Shown here one piece after another: positions 13,007 to 24,375 of a stretch of DNA of 64,000 nucleotides; position 1 is the stretch's first letter, and every line of letters starts with the position of its first letter. Origin of the DNA: Ruditapes philippinarum (taxonomy: Eukaryota). The notes under the pieces are model-generated. The model was not told where the DNA came from, made no database searches, and was given only the letters and a program-made list of their open reading frames with translations. The position numbers and the translations under genes are program-made. The stretch lies in NCBI RefSeq assembly GCF_026571515.1, contig NW_026862342.1:1-64000 (forward strand), written 5' to 3'.

Positions 13007-14114
13007 TGCAACTGAATTGAAGTAATATATAAACATAAAAAAATAATTCATGTAATTTCAGTTTGTACAGCAGAACTTAGCATCAAGCTGATGACGAGAT
13101 ACATTGGTGGATAAGAAACGAAATAGTGCCTGTAATACCTTCTCTTTTATAGTCTGATATTTTCATAAGCGTCAAAGTACTGTTATAAGTTATGCAAAGT
13201 AACACATTGCATAACAGTATATTTTGATAGGCAGTGGTGCCCTTTAAATGAGCTTTTAACGATGATGTCAAAAGTCATTTACATATATATTCTATAATTG
13301 TGTGCAAATCTCCTGAATATTATACACGAGCAAACATAAAATGACCACTTGTCCATATCCCTGATAAATATTTGCAATTTAGATAGCAGACTGTCTGACT
13401 TTCTTATCATATGGTAAATTATATCTCTCATATGAAGTCCCATCCTTGTTCCTGTCCTCGTTTACAATTCTGAGCAGACAAAAACAAAGCTCAAACAGTC
13501 CACTAGAATCATATTATTTGTTCTTTTTAACTGACAACTTCAATACAGAATCTATGTAAAATGTTATGCAGTTATAAAATTCATTTTCAAACACGGTCCA
13601 CCAAGCTCGCTGTACTTTGTAGACGCCTGAATTTCATGTCATTTTCTTTTTAACTGATTTCAGTCCTTACCATGCTCGAGCAGAATTGTTTTCCTTTTCT
13701 GTACAGTCTAACCAGGCTCTATACTGATGGCAGCACACTTTTTGTATTTATAAAACATGTATGCAGAAAACATGTCGTAAGATGTAAGTACTTGAATATA
13801 TGGATGATGATGATCACAGAACAATTGCGAACTATTTTTTCCACATTGATGAAGCAACATCAATGAATTTGCCATATTTCTGTTTATTATATTAATATTT
13901 ATCTTTAACCCTTACCCTGCTGGCCGTAACTGATTCTACCTATGCGACCACTGCAGCTAAAGACTACCCGGCACATCATAGTCTGTGATGTTCGCTATTC
14001 AGTAAGTATATGTTTTGAAAGTTGGTGTTGTATTTCTATGAATATAGCCTGTACTATATTTGGTGTTTGTTATAGTCAAAATATAATTGTATGCATATAG
14101 CTAGACCCTTTTCG

Positions 14115-14542
14115 CTAGATTTTTCGCAATTCGTTTATTTTCTGAATTCATTAAATCAATAAATTTTTGCATATTTGAGCGATTAACATAACAATTTGGT
14201 ATAGAAGGTTTCCTTAAATCCTCAAATCACTGTAAAAAGTACATTCCAGAACAAAATGATATTCATCTTCTAACTTGTCACAAAAAATACATTTCCTTTC
14301 ATTTATAGGTGTATTTTTATGTCTTGTTCACCTACCTGTTTCAATAAAAAAGCCTTTGCGAGCAATCTCGCATGCGAGACATACATACATGCAATTTTCT
14401 TACACTTAAAAAATTAAAGTATGGTTGAAATCTATGGTTTGATATATACCTGTTAGAGATTGTTCTGCTAAAGTCATTTAATCTACCAGACCAATTTTGT
14501 AAAAACTGATCTTTAAGTCTTTGCTTAACATTTATTAAGAAC
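14115..14542 (-). pseudogene. Decayed LINE (RTE-X-like) 3' part, left of the transposon insertion
   Basis: KQRLKDQFLQNWSGRLND.SR..; C.KLEDEYHFVLECTFYSDLR; contiguous with 20367-20860 in the uninterrupted paralog at 45235-46145. Confidence 0.75.
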
Positions 14543-14589
14543 AATTGACATTACGCCACCTGTCAATCAAACTGACCAAGCCTTCGCCG

Positions 14590-14741
14590 ATAAGCCAATC
14601 AGCGATCGATATCTGTTCACACTCCCGGAACGCTTCGGTTCCATCCAACCTCCGCCATTTTACTTAGACAAGCTACTTGTCTAGGATAACTAGCAACGGA
14701 TTAAATTCTATAGAAAATATATTGATTTCTGGTAAATAAAT
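14590..14741 (+). promoter_or_regulatory. Putative transposase promoter
   Basis: AGCCAATCAG CCAAT box (core 14595-14599) and a YY1-like CCGCCATTTT (14652-14661) between the TIR and the ATG. Confidence 0.4.
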
Positions 14742-17700
14742 ATGGTGAAACGCTGCCAATTGGGTACATGTAATTCGGACAGCAGATATCCCGACAGACT
14801 GAAGGATGGAATTTATTTTATTCCATTTCCTAAGCCAAAAAGGAATTTAGAGAAGTGTCGTCGGTGGATCAAATCGTGCGGTCGTCCACACGATCAGTTA
14901 AATATCCAAAAAGTTGACGGAAACTATCAACTTTACGTATGTTCTAAGGTAAAATTTAGTTATATCTTACCCATTTTATACAAGTCTACAATGATAATCT
15001 GGTTTTAAGAAATCGATACTCGTCAAAGCCTGATTAAACTACTTTACGTTTATCATATTTGTATCTGGACATTGTAGAAACGTTTTGCTGACATTTATGT
15101 GCGTTTTCCATTCGTTTTGATTATAGTCAGACCAAATAAATTACAAAATATCATGCTATCACGGTAGATTTGTAGGTTAAATTCAAGGCTATATATAGCA
15201 TCAGAACGTAAACATTACAAACTGACAAATCAGAAAGCATCAAAAGCACATGTTCTTAGTAAACAAATCCATATATGGAAAACGGTAAACATGAGCAATT
15301 CTTTGACCTTGACATATCTGTCTGAATGGAGAACCGCTGTCAGGTGCAATGACATGTATTCAGGTACAAAACTAGAATTTCATAAACTTATGACAGATTC
15401 TATATGTATTATGACATTATGTCCAATACATTAAATAGTATTTTCATCAATTTTGCTACACAATATGGGCCACTAATGATTATCATTCTACATTTAATGA
15501 ACATTTTTGTATTTGTTGTGTTTATGTTAGAACCTCAATCATTGTAAACAGTTAATCATTTAAATATAAGGGCCGGCTAACTGTGATTAGTTGGTGATTA
15601 TCTCATGGGATCATTGATGTAACATGTTGAGAATTGAGTACTGCTCGAGCCGGTGCTAGGGGGCTTGATGTTGCATTTATTCATTATCAAAACAGGTCTG
15701 CAATTTTCATGTAATTTTGTTGTGATAACCCTTCCAAGGAATCACTTTGTTTCCAGATTTATGTACTAGAAGGTTGATTTGAGAAAAGCGGGTTAAATTA
15801 TATTGCAGTTTTAATGCAATAAATATCATAATTTCAGCATTTTCCAGAAGGGAAGCCGACGGAGAGTTTCCCAGATCCAGTGCAGGCCAGTTTTTCGGAA
15901 AGACTACTCAAGGTGACTCCTGTAAGACGACCACCGAAACGCCGCCCAGAATCAGAACCTCCAGTATCAAGGAAAAAGAGAAATATACTTTTAGAAATAT
16001 TTTCCAGGTATTTATTTTGCATCAATGCATATTTAAAACAAATAAATTATAAAAAAGATGTATTCACATGAAGTAAAACTGTTAAACATAAATGAAAATA
16101 GTAACATCTTGATAATGCAGTAGTATTTAAAGTAAATTCCTGAGCATAAAATCTGAAGTATACATGTACGTAAATTCAATTTTGCTCTCAAAGTTCTAAG
16201 TGTTTTTGCATTTCACTTTTCATTATAGTGTCAACAATGAGAATATCAATGAACAGCACATAGATAACTCTTCACAGTCAACAAATGAATTTTGTGCTGA
16301 TGTTTCTGTACAAACCGACTTTCATCAAGGTAATTAATTGTTTTCACTTACAGTACAAATTTACAGTAAACACAGCACAGTTTTGAAAGTAATGCTTCCA
16401 TACTCTCCTTGTCCGCCTTAACTCTTATTACGCAAAAATCACACTTTGTGTAAGTCACAAAGTCACACCACTTTGCTCCTGACACAAGCAACTGGCCTTG
16501 AACTTGCCACCAGTAGTTATGGCCCTTTTTCAACTGAACATTGCCATTTATTTCATGTAGGTGAAAATCTCTTTTCTCAAAAACATCTCTTTCCATTGCC
16601 TCTCTTAATTTTAAGTCTCTACACCAGAAAGGACACTTTATTTCTAACAGGCCTGACTGACCATTGCAGCAGACTTTACCATCTGGTGTAGCAGCTATAC
16701 ATGGGAAGAGTGGATTCACCATTAATCCACAGTCATGCACATGGTTTCCTGTCATTTTCATATATTGCATTGAAGCTACTGACTCTTTTGATAACCCATA
16801 CTCTGTTGGACTAGATTTAAATGGTTTACTATTCAAAATACTGTCGACACACTTTTTATTTACATCACTCTTTCTGTTCATAATTTTCCCAAAATTAGAG
16901 GCTGTTAGCCTCTGTTTTCTCTCTTTTTTCCAAAGTTCACTTCCTGATTGTTCTTTGGTATTTAATTCTATATAAACAGCTTCCTGTTTTGAAACTTTAA
17001 CATTCTCAAAATGACTCTGATAGTCTCTTACAATGTCCAAATTTCCAATGTCAGGGGTGGTGGGAAACTCCCAATCAGTGGCACAGGGAGAGCTTGCTCC
17101 TGAGGGCTCTTCTACTGGCATTATCAGGGGAAGCTTAAATGAAAAGAAAACAAAATACAACAGCTGACAATATTTATGCAAATTCGATATGACCATAACA
17201 AAACAATTTAAATGTTTGTAGTTTTAAAGCTGCATGCCTCAAGATGAGCCAAAATATTTAAAGACAATCAATATTGAGAAAAATGCACTTAAGTTTTAAG
17301 ACAGAAAATACATTCAAGATCCAAGTTATATTTTACATGTTATGTGCGTTTAATGACTGATTTTGTAGTATTTAATCACCATATGTCTACAGCATTACTA
17401 ACGCAGTTATGGGTGTTTTAGCATATCTTGACAACTATTTGTTATTTTTTGTGGATTGTAAGTGCTGATTGCAATATGTGAATTACTTTATTTGTTCAAC
17501 TCACAATATTTTACATTTAAATACATTACCAAAATTTTCAAATCTGGCGCCGTGCTGCTTTAAATTTTATGCTATATGTGCTTGTATACACCTTAATGTA
17601 AGATTGTGATATAATGTAATTGCAGGTGTGTCCCCAATTGATCTGCTTACCCTTGCAGCAGAGAATCATGGGTTAAAATCTGAAGTTGACCTTCTGCAAC

Positions 17701-18773
17701 AACAGATATCAACTTTACAGAATCAAGTTGCAGACAAAATTCTGAGAAATGAGGAGTTGTCGCGTGAGAATGAAATATTACGGCAGGAAAATGGAAAGTT
17801 AAAGAAAAGACGTTTTCTGTGAGATATGTTCAACAGTCCAAAATAAAGAACAATTTTAAGTACTATACAGGATTTGTGTACACACAGTTTTTGTGTATCC
17901 TTAACTTTCTTATGCCAAAAAGGGGATTAAATGAGCTGCCATTTAAATTAAAAAAAAACTATATCTAAGGCTTTGAAAATGAAGGCTGAAGACCAGCTGC
18001 TTCTTGTTCTAATGAAACTGAGGCTAAACCTACAGTTTCATCATCTTGGAAATTTATTTAACCTATCACCGCAGGATACTGGTGCGATTTTCCGAGAGTG
18101 GATAAATTACATGTATTATCGGTTTGGTTCGGTTCCACTTTGGCCATCTCGTTCCTCAATAATTGACATGATGCCGAAAACATTCCGAGAAGATTTCCCT
18201 ACAACAATGATAATTCTAGATGGAACAGAAATTAAACTTGAAAAACCTTCCTCACTCCGCTCTCAGAGTCAGTGTTACAGTGACTATAAGTCATGTACTA
18301 CCTTAAAGGGGCTTGTTGGTGTCGATCCTAGGGGCTCATTTACATTTATTTCCATGTTATTTACAGGGGGGACATCAGATAATGAAATTACAGCACGAAG
18401 TGGACTAATGGACATGTTAAAACAGTTGTTAGATTGTGGCAGACTACAGAGAGGGGATGCTGTTATGGTTGACAAGGGATTTCTGATAAGGGAAGACATC
18501 GAAAAACTTGGACTCGAACTGATAATTCCACCTTTCGCTTCATCAACAGAACAAATGCCCCCATCAGATGTTGCACTTACTCAAAAAATTGCTAAACATA
18601 GAATTCATGTTGAAAGAGCTATTTCAAGAGTGAAGAAATTTAAAATTGTTGATCATAGACTGGATCTTACTCTGTACCCATCTATAAACCAAATATGGTT
18701 TTGCTGTTGTTTTTTAACAGGATTCATGCCTTTACTAATTAAAGACCAGGACAATAAATTGTTAATTACCTGA
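14742..18773 (+). CDS. THAP-domain Harbinger/DDE_Tnp_4-like transposase; exons 14742-14948, 15838-16007, 16229-16329, 17626-18773
   Basis: THAP C2CH completed across intron 1 (VCSK|HF). All junctions GT-AG with matching phases 0, 2, 1. Coiled coil, KYYTG, HTH (EDQLLLVLMKLRLNL), catalytic LDGTE / MVDKGF / RIHVERAI. Two compensating 1-nt indels in A runs (~17805, 17950-17958). Confidence 0.9.
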
Positions 18774-20281
18774 TGAGATAGTGTACTACTGATGTGCTGT
18801 GACCCATGAGTTGTATTTGTTGTACCAAAGGGTTTGCTAGCCAAATAGCCTAAAGGAGTGTTATCCATTGACTGAAGGAGCTCTATGTCACTGTCAAGCA
18901 CTTGTATTTTTCTGTAATGATAAATGCAAAATAGTAGCAATGAGAAATTAACTTAGAAACATTCAATACAATATGTTTATTTTAAGAAACTGGACTTAAT
19001 TATTAGTATGTATTAACATATTTGTAGCTTATTTATTCATTACACAAAGTCAATAATCAAAAATTTAATAAATACTAAATGAATGTAATTTTATACATGT
19101 TGTGTTTCTATCAGTATTTATCATATATTTATGAATAAAGCTTATTGCTTAATATAACCATTTGTTGAATGTGGGGACTGACTGTCATATGAGTAAACAT
19201 GACAGTAACACTAGAACAGCTGAACTCATGCCCCAAGGGTGGTGGTGAGGAAGACACCATAACCACTATGCCATTTTCCCCCCTTAAAAACATACCTATT
19301 GTCAATAAATGTTGGAACTAGAGGCCGTCTCTTTCTACCCGTTATACCCGACCTTGACATAGTCACAGTGGTTCAGGACAAATCCTTACACCACGTGGCC
19401 TATCCCATAGTTGAGGTTGACTGGTACAGGCAGGCCGGCTTGGAATGTCAATCAAACCTTCAGTTAACCAGTCGGTCAGTTTTAAAACAACTGCTAAAAC
19501 ATGGGAACATTCCCCAGACATACTGAAATTCATAAAAACATAAGTAATAATGAGTCATTACCTATTAATAAGTAGTATTTTACATTTAATAACTAATTGT
19601 TTATTAAAATTGAAAACGCTGTGATCCGATGCAAGGAAGACCTTTCATAATCCCTACTGTATAAACTGACACATTTTTTATTTACTCTCCTTGGATATAT
19701 GACCCATAGGCTATATAAATGTTCACATCAAGGCTACCAGCATGTTCCTGGCGTTAAAAACTGAAAATGTGTGTGTCGTTTAATTATATAATATAGGTTT
19801 ATTCTGCGCAAAATTATAATCTACTCGGTAGATTTTTATGTTATTTCCGGTATGCGACAGTAAACATGAACTGTGAAAAATTTCCCTAAAAATCATGGAA
19901 ACATCCAAAACATATCGAATGAATCATTATAGAAATAGTGGATTGCATTGACAATAAACTTAATTTATAGTAAAGTATTTTACATTTTTAATGACTTCGT
20001 AAAAATTAAGTTTAATTACCCTGCTTTACATGAACAATGAGCGTCAGAGATGGATTTTTTCCCTACCGCCATGTTGATTGTATGCGGTTTCTCAGATTTT
20101 CTTTGTGAACGGAAAACTGAGGATTTCACATCAATAACCCCATCTCTTCCATGGAAAACCTTTACAGATGCAACATAACTCTCGTTTGCAAACTTTCTGC
20201 TCTGAATTCGTTGCCGAAGCGTTTATATAAGAGAAAATGCTCTCCAAAATCACAAGGTAAATCTCGTAAGCGAGCAGCCAT
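16348..20281 (-). CDS. SWIM-finger plus YqaJ/lambda-exonuclease-like protein; exons 20020-20281, 19296-19522, 18770-18911, 16348-17133
   Basis: SWIM HCSCKAG|MSGECSH split by intron 1; CTSQPQLWDRPRG; YqaJ motifs QS..W..ER..RLTASNFG, ATPDG, LEIKCP, YWWQVQGQL..CDFV. GT-AG junctions with phases 2, 2, 0. Small frameshifts in exons 1 and 2; the start codon is tentative. Confidence 0.87.
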
Positions 20282-20350
20282 ATTGCGAAAGTTGTCTAAG
20301 GTTTAGAAAGACGATACCACGTGACTTAGTGGGCGGAGCGATCCTATCGT
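20282..20350 (-). promoter_or_regulatory. Putative YqaJ-gene promoter
   Basis: E-box CACGTG (20318-20323) and GC box GGGCGG (20331-20336) between the ATG and the right TIR. Confidence 0.35.
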
Positions 20351-20366
20351 TGGCGTAATGTCAATT

Positions 20367-20860
20367 AAGGATCACCAATACTTTGGAAAAGCCAAACTTC
20401 ATTAAAATCAAGAATACAAAATAAATCTCTTAACAATGAGCACCGATTTTTTCTGGAAGGATTATCTGTGATATCTTGTTTAAGAAATAAATATATATTT
20501 TTCTACTATATTTGTTTTCATCTGATTGTAACAACTTGATCCAGAAGTGTATTATAATATAATATCGCATATTTTACAGAGGCAATCTTCCCAACTTCCC
20601 ATAAATAAAACCATTCTGTGTATTCTTTTTAACTCCCAATATACGTTTACAGAAATTCATATGAATACGTTCCACAGATTTGCCTTGATAAATGTAATGT
20701 GAAAACAAGCAAGTAAATTTCTACGTCTTTAAAAACAGATTATACATTACCTGTGTTAACGATCTGTCAGAAGCTTTTAGAATATAACGTTATACAAATT
20801 GTACATCAGCTCATTAACTTTGCTTTTTAGACAAGACATTCATTTATCGCTATTTTGACG
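20367..20860 (-). pseudogene. Decayed LINE, portion right of the transposon insertion
   Basis: IYGKLGRLPL-like motif; matches 45667-46145. Confidence 0.7.
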
Positions 20861-22506
20861 TTTTGTCGCGAAAAAAAATATGGAAAGAAAAATACAGTAA
20901 ATTAATTAGTATTCATTTATATTCTTACAAACATTTCAATTTCGTAGCATCTCGCAAATGCACGTTTGCCTTCAGGTCACAAACAAATAAGCACAAAGCT
21001 GTGAGACAGTTGCCTTGTCGCAGTTATAAGACGTCGATTCCAAGATGCAGTTGTCCAAGGTTGTATTGATATAAAAATAAAGTTCGGTATGCGCACTGTA
21101 CCATAACCATATTAACTCTGACCAAAACTGATGGTGTTGAAAGCGGGACGAGTAAATACATCCTGTAGACAGGGGTGAACTTAACATGACTTTAAGTTTA
21201 AGGCAGGAATAAAAATCATTTTATCTTAACTTTGTTCATTTTTTTCCATAAAAGTACTTGTTTACATAAAAGTCATTGTATCCTCAAAATGAATACCCTT
21301 CAGAAAGGAGGTTCTGCATTAGGCATCTAATACCTTAACAACTTATGTTCGTTGAAATTGATAAGCTACTTCACACAATGCCAGGGTAAAAAAGAAGAAA
21401 TAAATCACTTTATTTTACTTCAGATCTGCAGTATTATATTTTGTTTTTAAAAGTTACAAATAATGAATAATTTCATAGAGATCAGTGACAGATATAATTG
21501 ATTATTTCAAACAATTTTATGTACGATAAATACATAGTAACCAATTATTTCATTATTCAACACAACTGCAAAATGTATTATATGTTTTTTTCAGGCAAGG
21601 TGGATTACTGTATGAAATGTATATTATTTCAAAGGATCTATTCATATTTTAGATTGATGACATTGCTCTAACACCATTACGATATGCTCATTGCTTTGTA
21701 ATTAAATTGAAACATTTTAAACATTGAATTGCTAAACCTTTTGTTGCTGGGTCGTGTGGGGGTTGCGTTCATTGAATGCCACCTTTCCTTGTTGATCTTG
21801 TTTATCATATTCTATATTTCTTTACTGACAAGCCAGTCACCTTGAAAATCGACAGTTTGGTATATTGAGAGTTAAAAATTTATGAGGCATTCGTACTTTA
21901 ATACACTACTACTTTTTTGTTTGCGTTCAACACACAAAAAAGGGAGATAACGCAACCATTGATAACTATTAACCGTCACATGACAGATCAGTTATTTCAT
22001 CACAACTACTTACATACTATAATCATAAAAAATGAAAACTCATAAAATGTAATTTAAATTACGATGAATATATTTAATGCTTGTCTAAAAACTGTTAAAA
22101 TCCAAATAATCAAATGATCATGTTTTCAAAAAGTTTATAATATACGATTTATTACTTATGTAGAAATAGTTTTTTTACTTTCTATTTTTCTAATATGTGT
22201 TTTTATATTCTTGACATATATTTTTTCCGTAACAACTAAAGGTATTTAATCAGACAACATTAAAGAATGTCGCGTTCGACGATTATAAATTTACACTGGT
22301 AGTAAAATAAGTACAATGACGACAATGCATATCTATAGATAAATAAAAGTGGTTGAAAGTTGGGACAGGTGTGACAGGTGACCTAACTGATGCCATCTTA
22401 ACTTTATAATTTTAGCAAGTGCGAAATGATTTCTTTACAGCTACGACGTGTGCTCAATTGCACAGTTTCCTGTTATTTTGTGACATCGAACATGAATTGA
22501 GACTCG

Positions 22507-22950
22507 TTATTCTGACTGTTCACCTCTATAAATAGCAATATTCTTTTCAGTTTCATGCACTTTGACCTCATATAAAAGTCCAGGTGTAAGTTGATCAGCC
22601 ATTCTCTCCCAAATATACACTGCAATATTCTCTGCTGTGCTAATTTTATCTTTAAAATAGTCCACGTCTAAATCCAAATTTTTATGATCAAGTGTTGACA
22701 TAAACGCTTCTTCCATGTAAGCTTTAAGATCGGTAAGATTGAGCACCATTCCGGTCACAGGGTCAACCAGGACCACGTAACAGTCACCTCGACTTTGTAA
22801 TTGTGACCGTGGTCCTTTAGGGTTATTACATTTACCAAATATAATTTGGTTATCTTCATCTGAAAGATTATTGTTATTCAGTCGATGACATGCGCTGAAA
22901 CAATCACTACGGGAGATATAGACGATCGGTTGCTTTTTTACAGGAAACAT
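22507..22950 (-). pseudogene. PTS: 6-pyruvoyl tetrahydropterin synthase copy 1, frame-scrambled across the Zn-binding GHGHNY motif
   Basis: Paralog of 47830-48270. Three +1 insertions between ~22768 and 22813 keep the ORF open but replace [15 protein letters not shown] with [16 protein letters not shown]; may be an assembly error. Confidence 0.8.
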
Positions 22951-23944
22951 TATTTCTCTGGTTTAAAATCTGAAAACATATAATAGAAATGGTTTAAAAT
23001 CTGAAAACAATTATTTCTCTGGTTTAAAATCTGAAAACATATAATAGAAAAAAAAGTATCATCCAAGTATCTTTTAGTATTTGTGGGATTGCGATAGTGT
23101 ATTACATGCATACAATTTACTTGTCATCTCACAAAAAATGTGAAGAACAGATTCGAATTCTAGCCCTTTAATGACGTCATGGTACATTGCCGATACAAGA
23201 TAGTTATTCTTACTACTTTTACTCGTGTTAGATGCCCGAAATTTTGTTAAATTGAATAAGTACACATGAATAATATGTTTAACATAATACTCATACGTCA
23301 GTTTCAATGCTAGATCAATGTCACCTCTAAAGAATTAAACATGTCTCATTGTGTCACAGGCTTAATCAAACCGAGCCTGCAACATTTTCAATTTTGCAGT
23401 GTTGGCTTTCTTTATGGATTCTTATTTTCTCTATTTTACCACGCATATACAAATCGTATGTTTTGCTAACCACATAACGATATCTATCTTGTGTTTCAAA
23501 AACTATCACTGTTCCGGAAGGTCGAAAACGGCACCATCATTGTCTTCATATAAGTATGAAAAATTTTTGGGTTTGGGAAATTTTTTTACTCTTATTAACT
23601 TTTTAAAAATGTAAAAAACAAAAATATAAGAAATTTTTATTTAAATTTTATTTAAAACATTGTCAAGCTTACAATGTTAAAACAATAAAAACGATTATAT
23701 AGATATTTGTAGTACTTTTTAGAAAAGTAATTTAATAAATGTAATAATTCTTAGTAATGTATACTTATTGTGTCGAAGAAAACAAATAATTCGGTCAGTC
23801 TTGGATAAATTTCTCATAAAAATGATATACTAAGTTATTTTAATGCACAACACACTATATAATACGTATAAAACAAAAATCATGTAGTGATTATTTTGAA
23901 CTTAAAATTAATTTTAGTAATTTATATTTTGCTTATAAAACATA

Positions 23945-24375
23945 AGTGTGCTGTCTTCGTCGTGTCGCGTAGCATGTTGCCTTCTTTCGGTTGCGTAGCA
24001 TGTTGCCTTCGTCGTGTCGCGTAGTGTGTTGTCTTCATCCTGAGTCATAGTGTGTTGTCTTTGTCGTGTCGTGCAGCGTGTTCACTTCGTCGTGTCGCGA
24101 AGTATGTTGTCTTCTTCGGGTCATGTAGTGTGTTGCCTTCGTAGTGTTGTGTAGTGTGTTACCTTCGTCGCGTCGCGTAGTGTGTTATCTTCGTAGTGTC
24201 GCTTAGTGTGTTGTCTTCGTCGTGTCAGAAAGTGTGTTGTCTTTATTTTGCCGAGAAAAGAGTGTTGTCCTCATCTTGTTTCATAGCATTTTGTCTTCGT
24301 CTTGTCGCTTAGTGTGTTGTCTTCGTCATGCCGCATAGCGTGTTGTTTTCATCTTGTCGCTTAGCGCTTTTTCTT
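23945..24375. repeat. ~26-bp minisatellite (GTCTTCGTCGTGTCGCGTAGTGTGTT)n, about 16 units
   Basis: Directly visible; paralog at 49530-50085; inverted relative at 42190-42352. Confidence 0.9.

Larger units (their letters stand above)
14547..20362. mobile_element. ISL2EU/IS4EU-like (PHIS group) DNA transposon, ~5.8 kb
   Basis: TIRs GACATTACGCCA (14547-14558) / TGGCGTAATGTC (20351-20362), each flanked by AATT. Empty site AAGAACAATTTAGGATC in the paralog at ~45657-45673. The THAP-DDE plus YqaJ gene pair is characteristic of ISL2EU. Confidence 0.93.

Noticed and set aside
16348-17196. Phage or viral YqaJ recombinase acquired by horizontal transfer as a stand-alone ORF
   Set aside because: It is the last exon of a spliced gene within TIRs; the first 21 ORF residues are intron (polypyrimidine tract).
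23945-24375. CRISPR-like array
   Set aside because: Contiguous degenerate ~26-bp units with no unique spacers and no cas genes; eukaryotic minisatellite.
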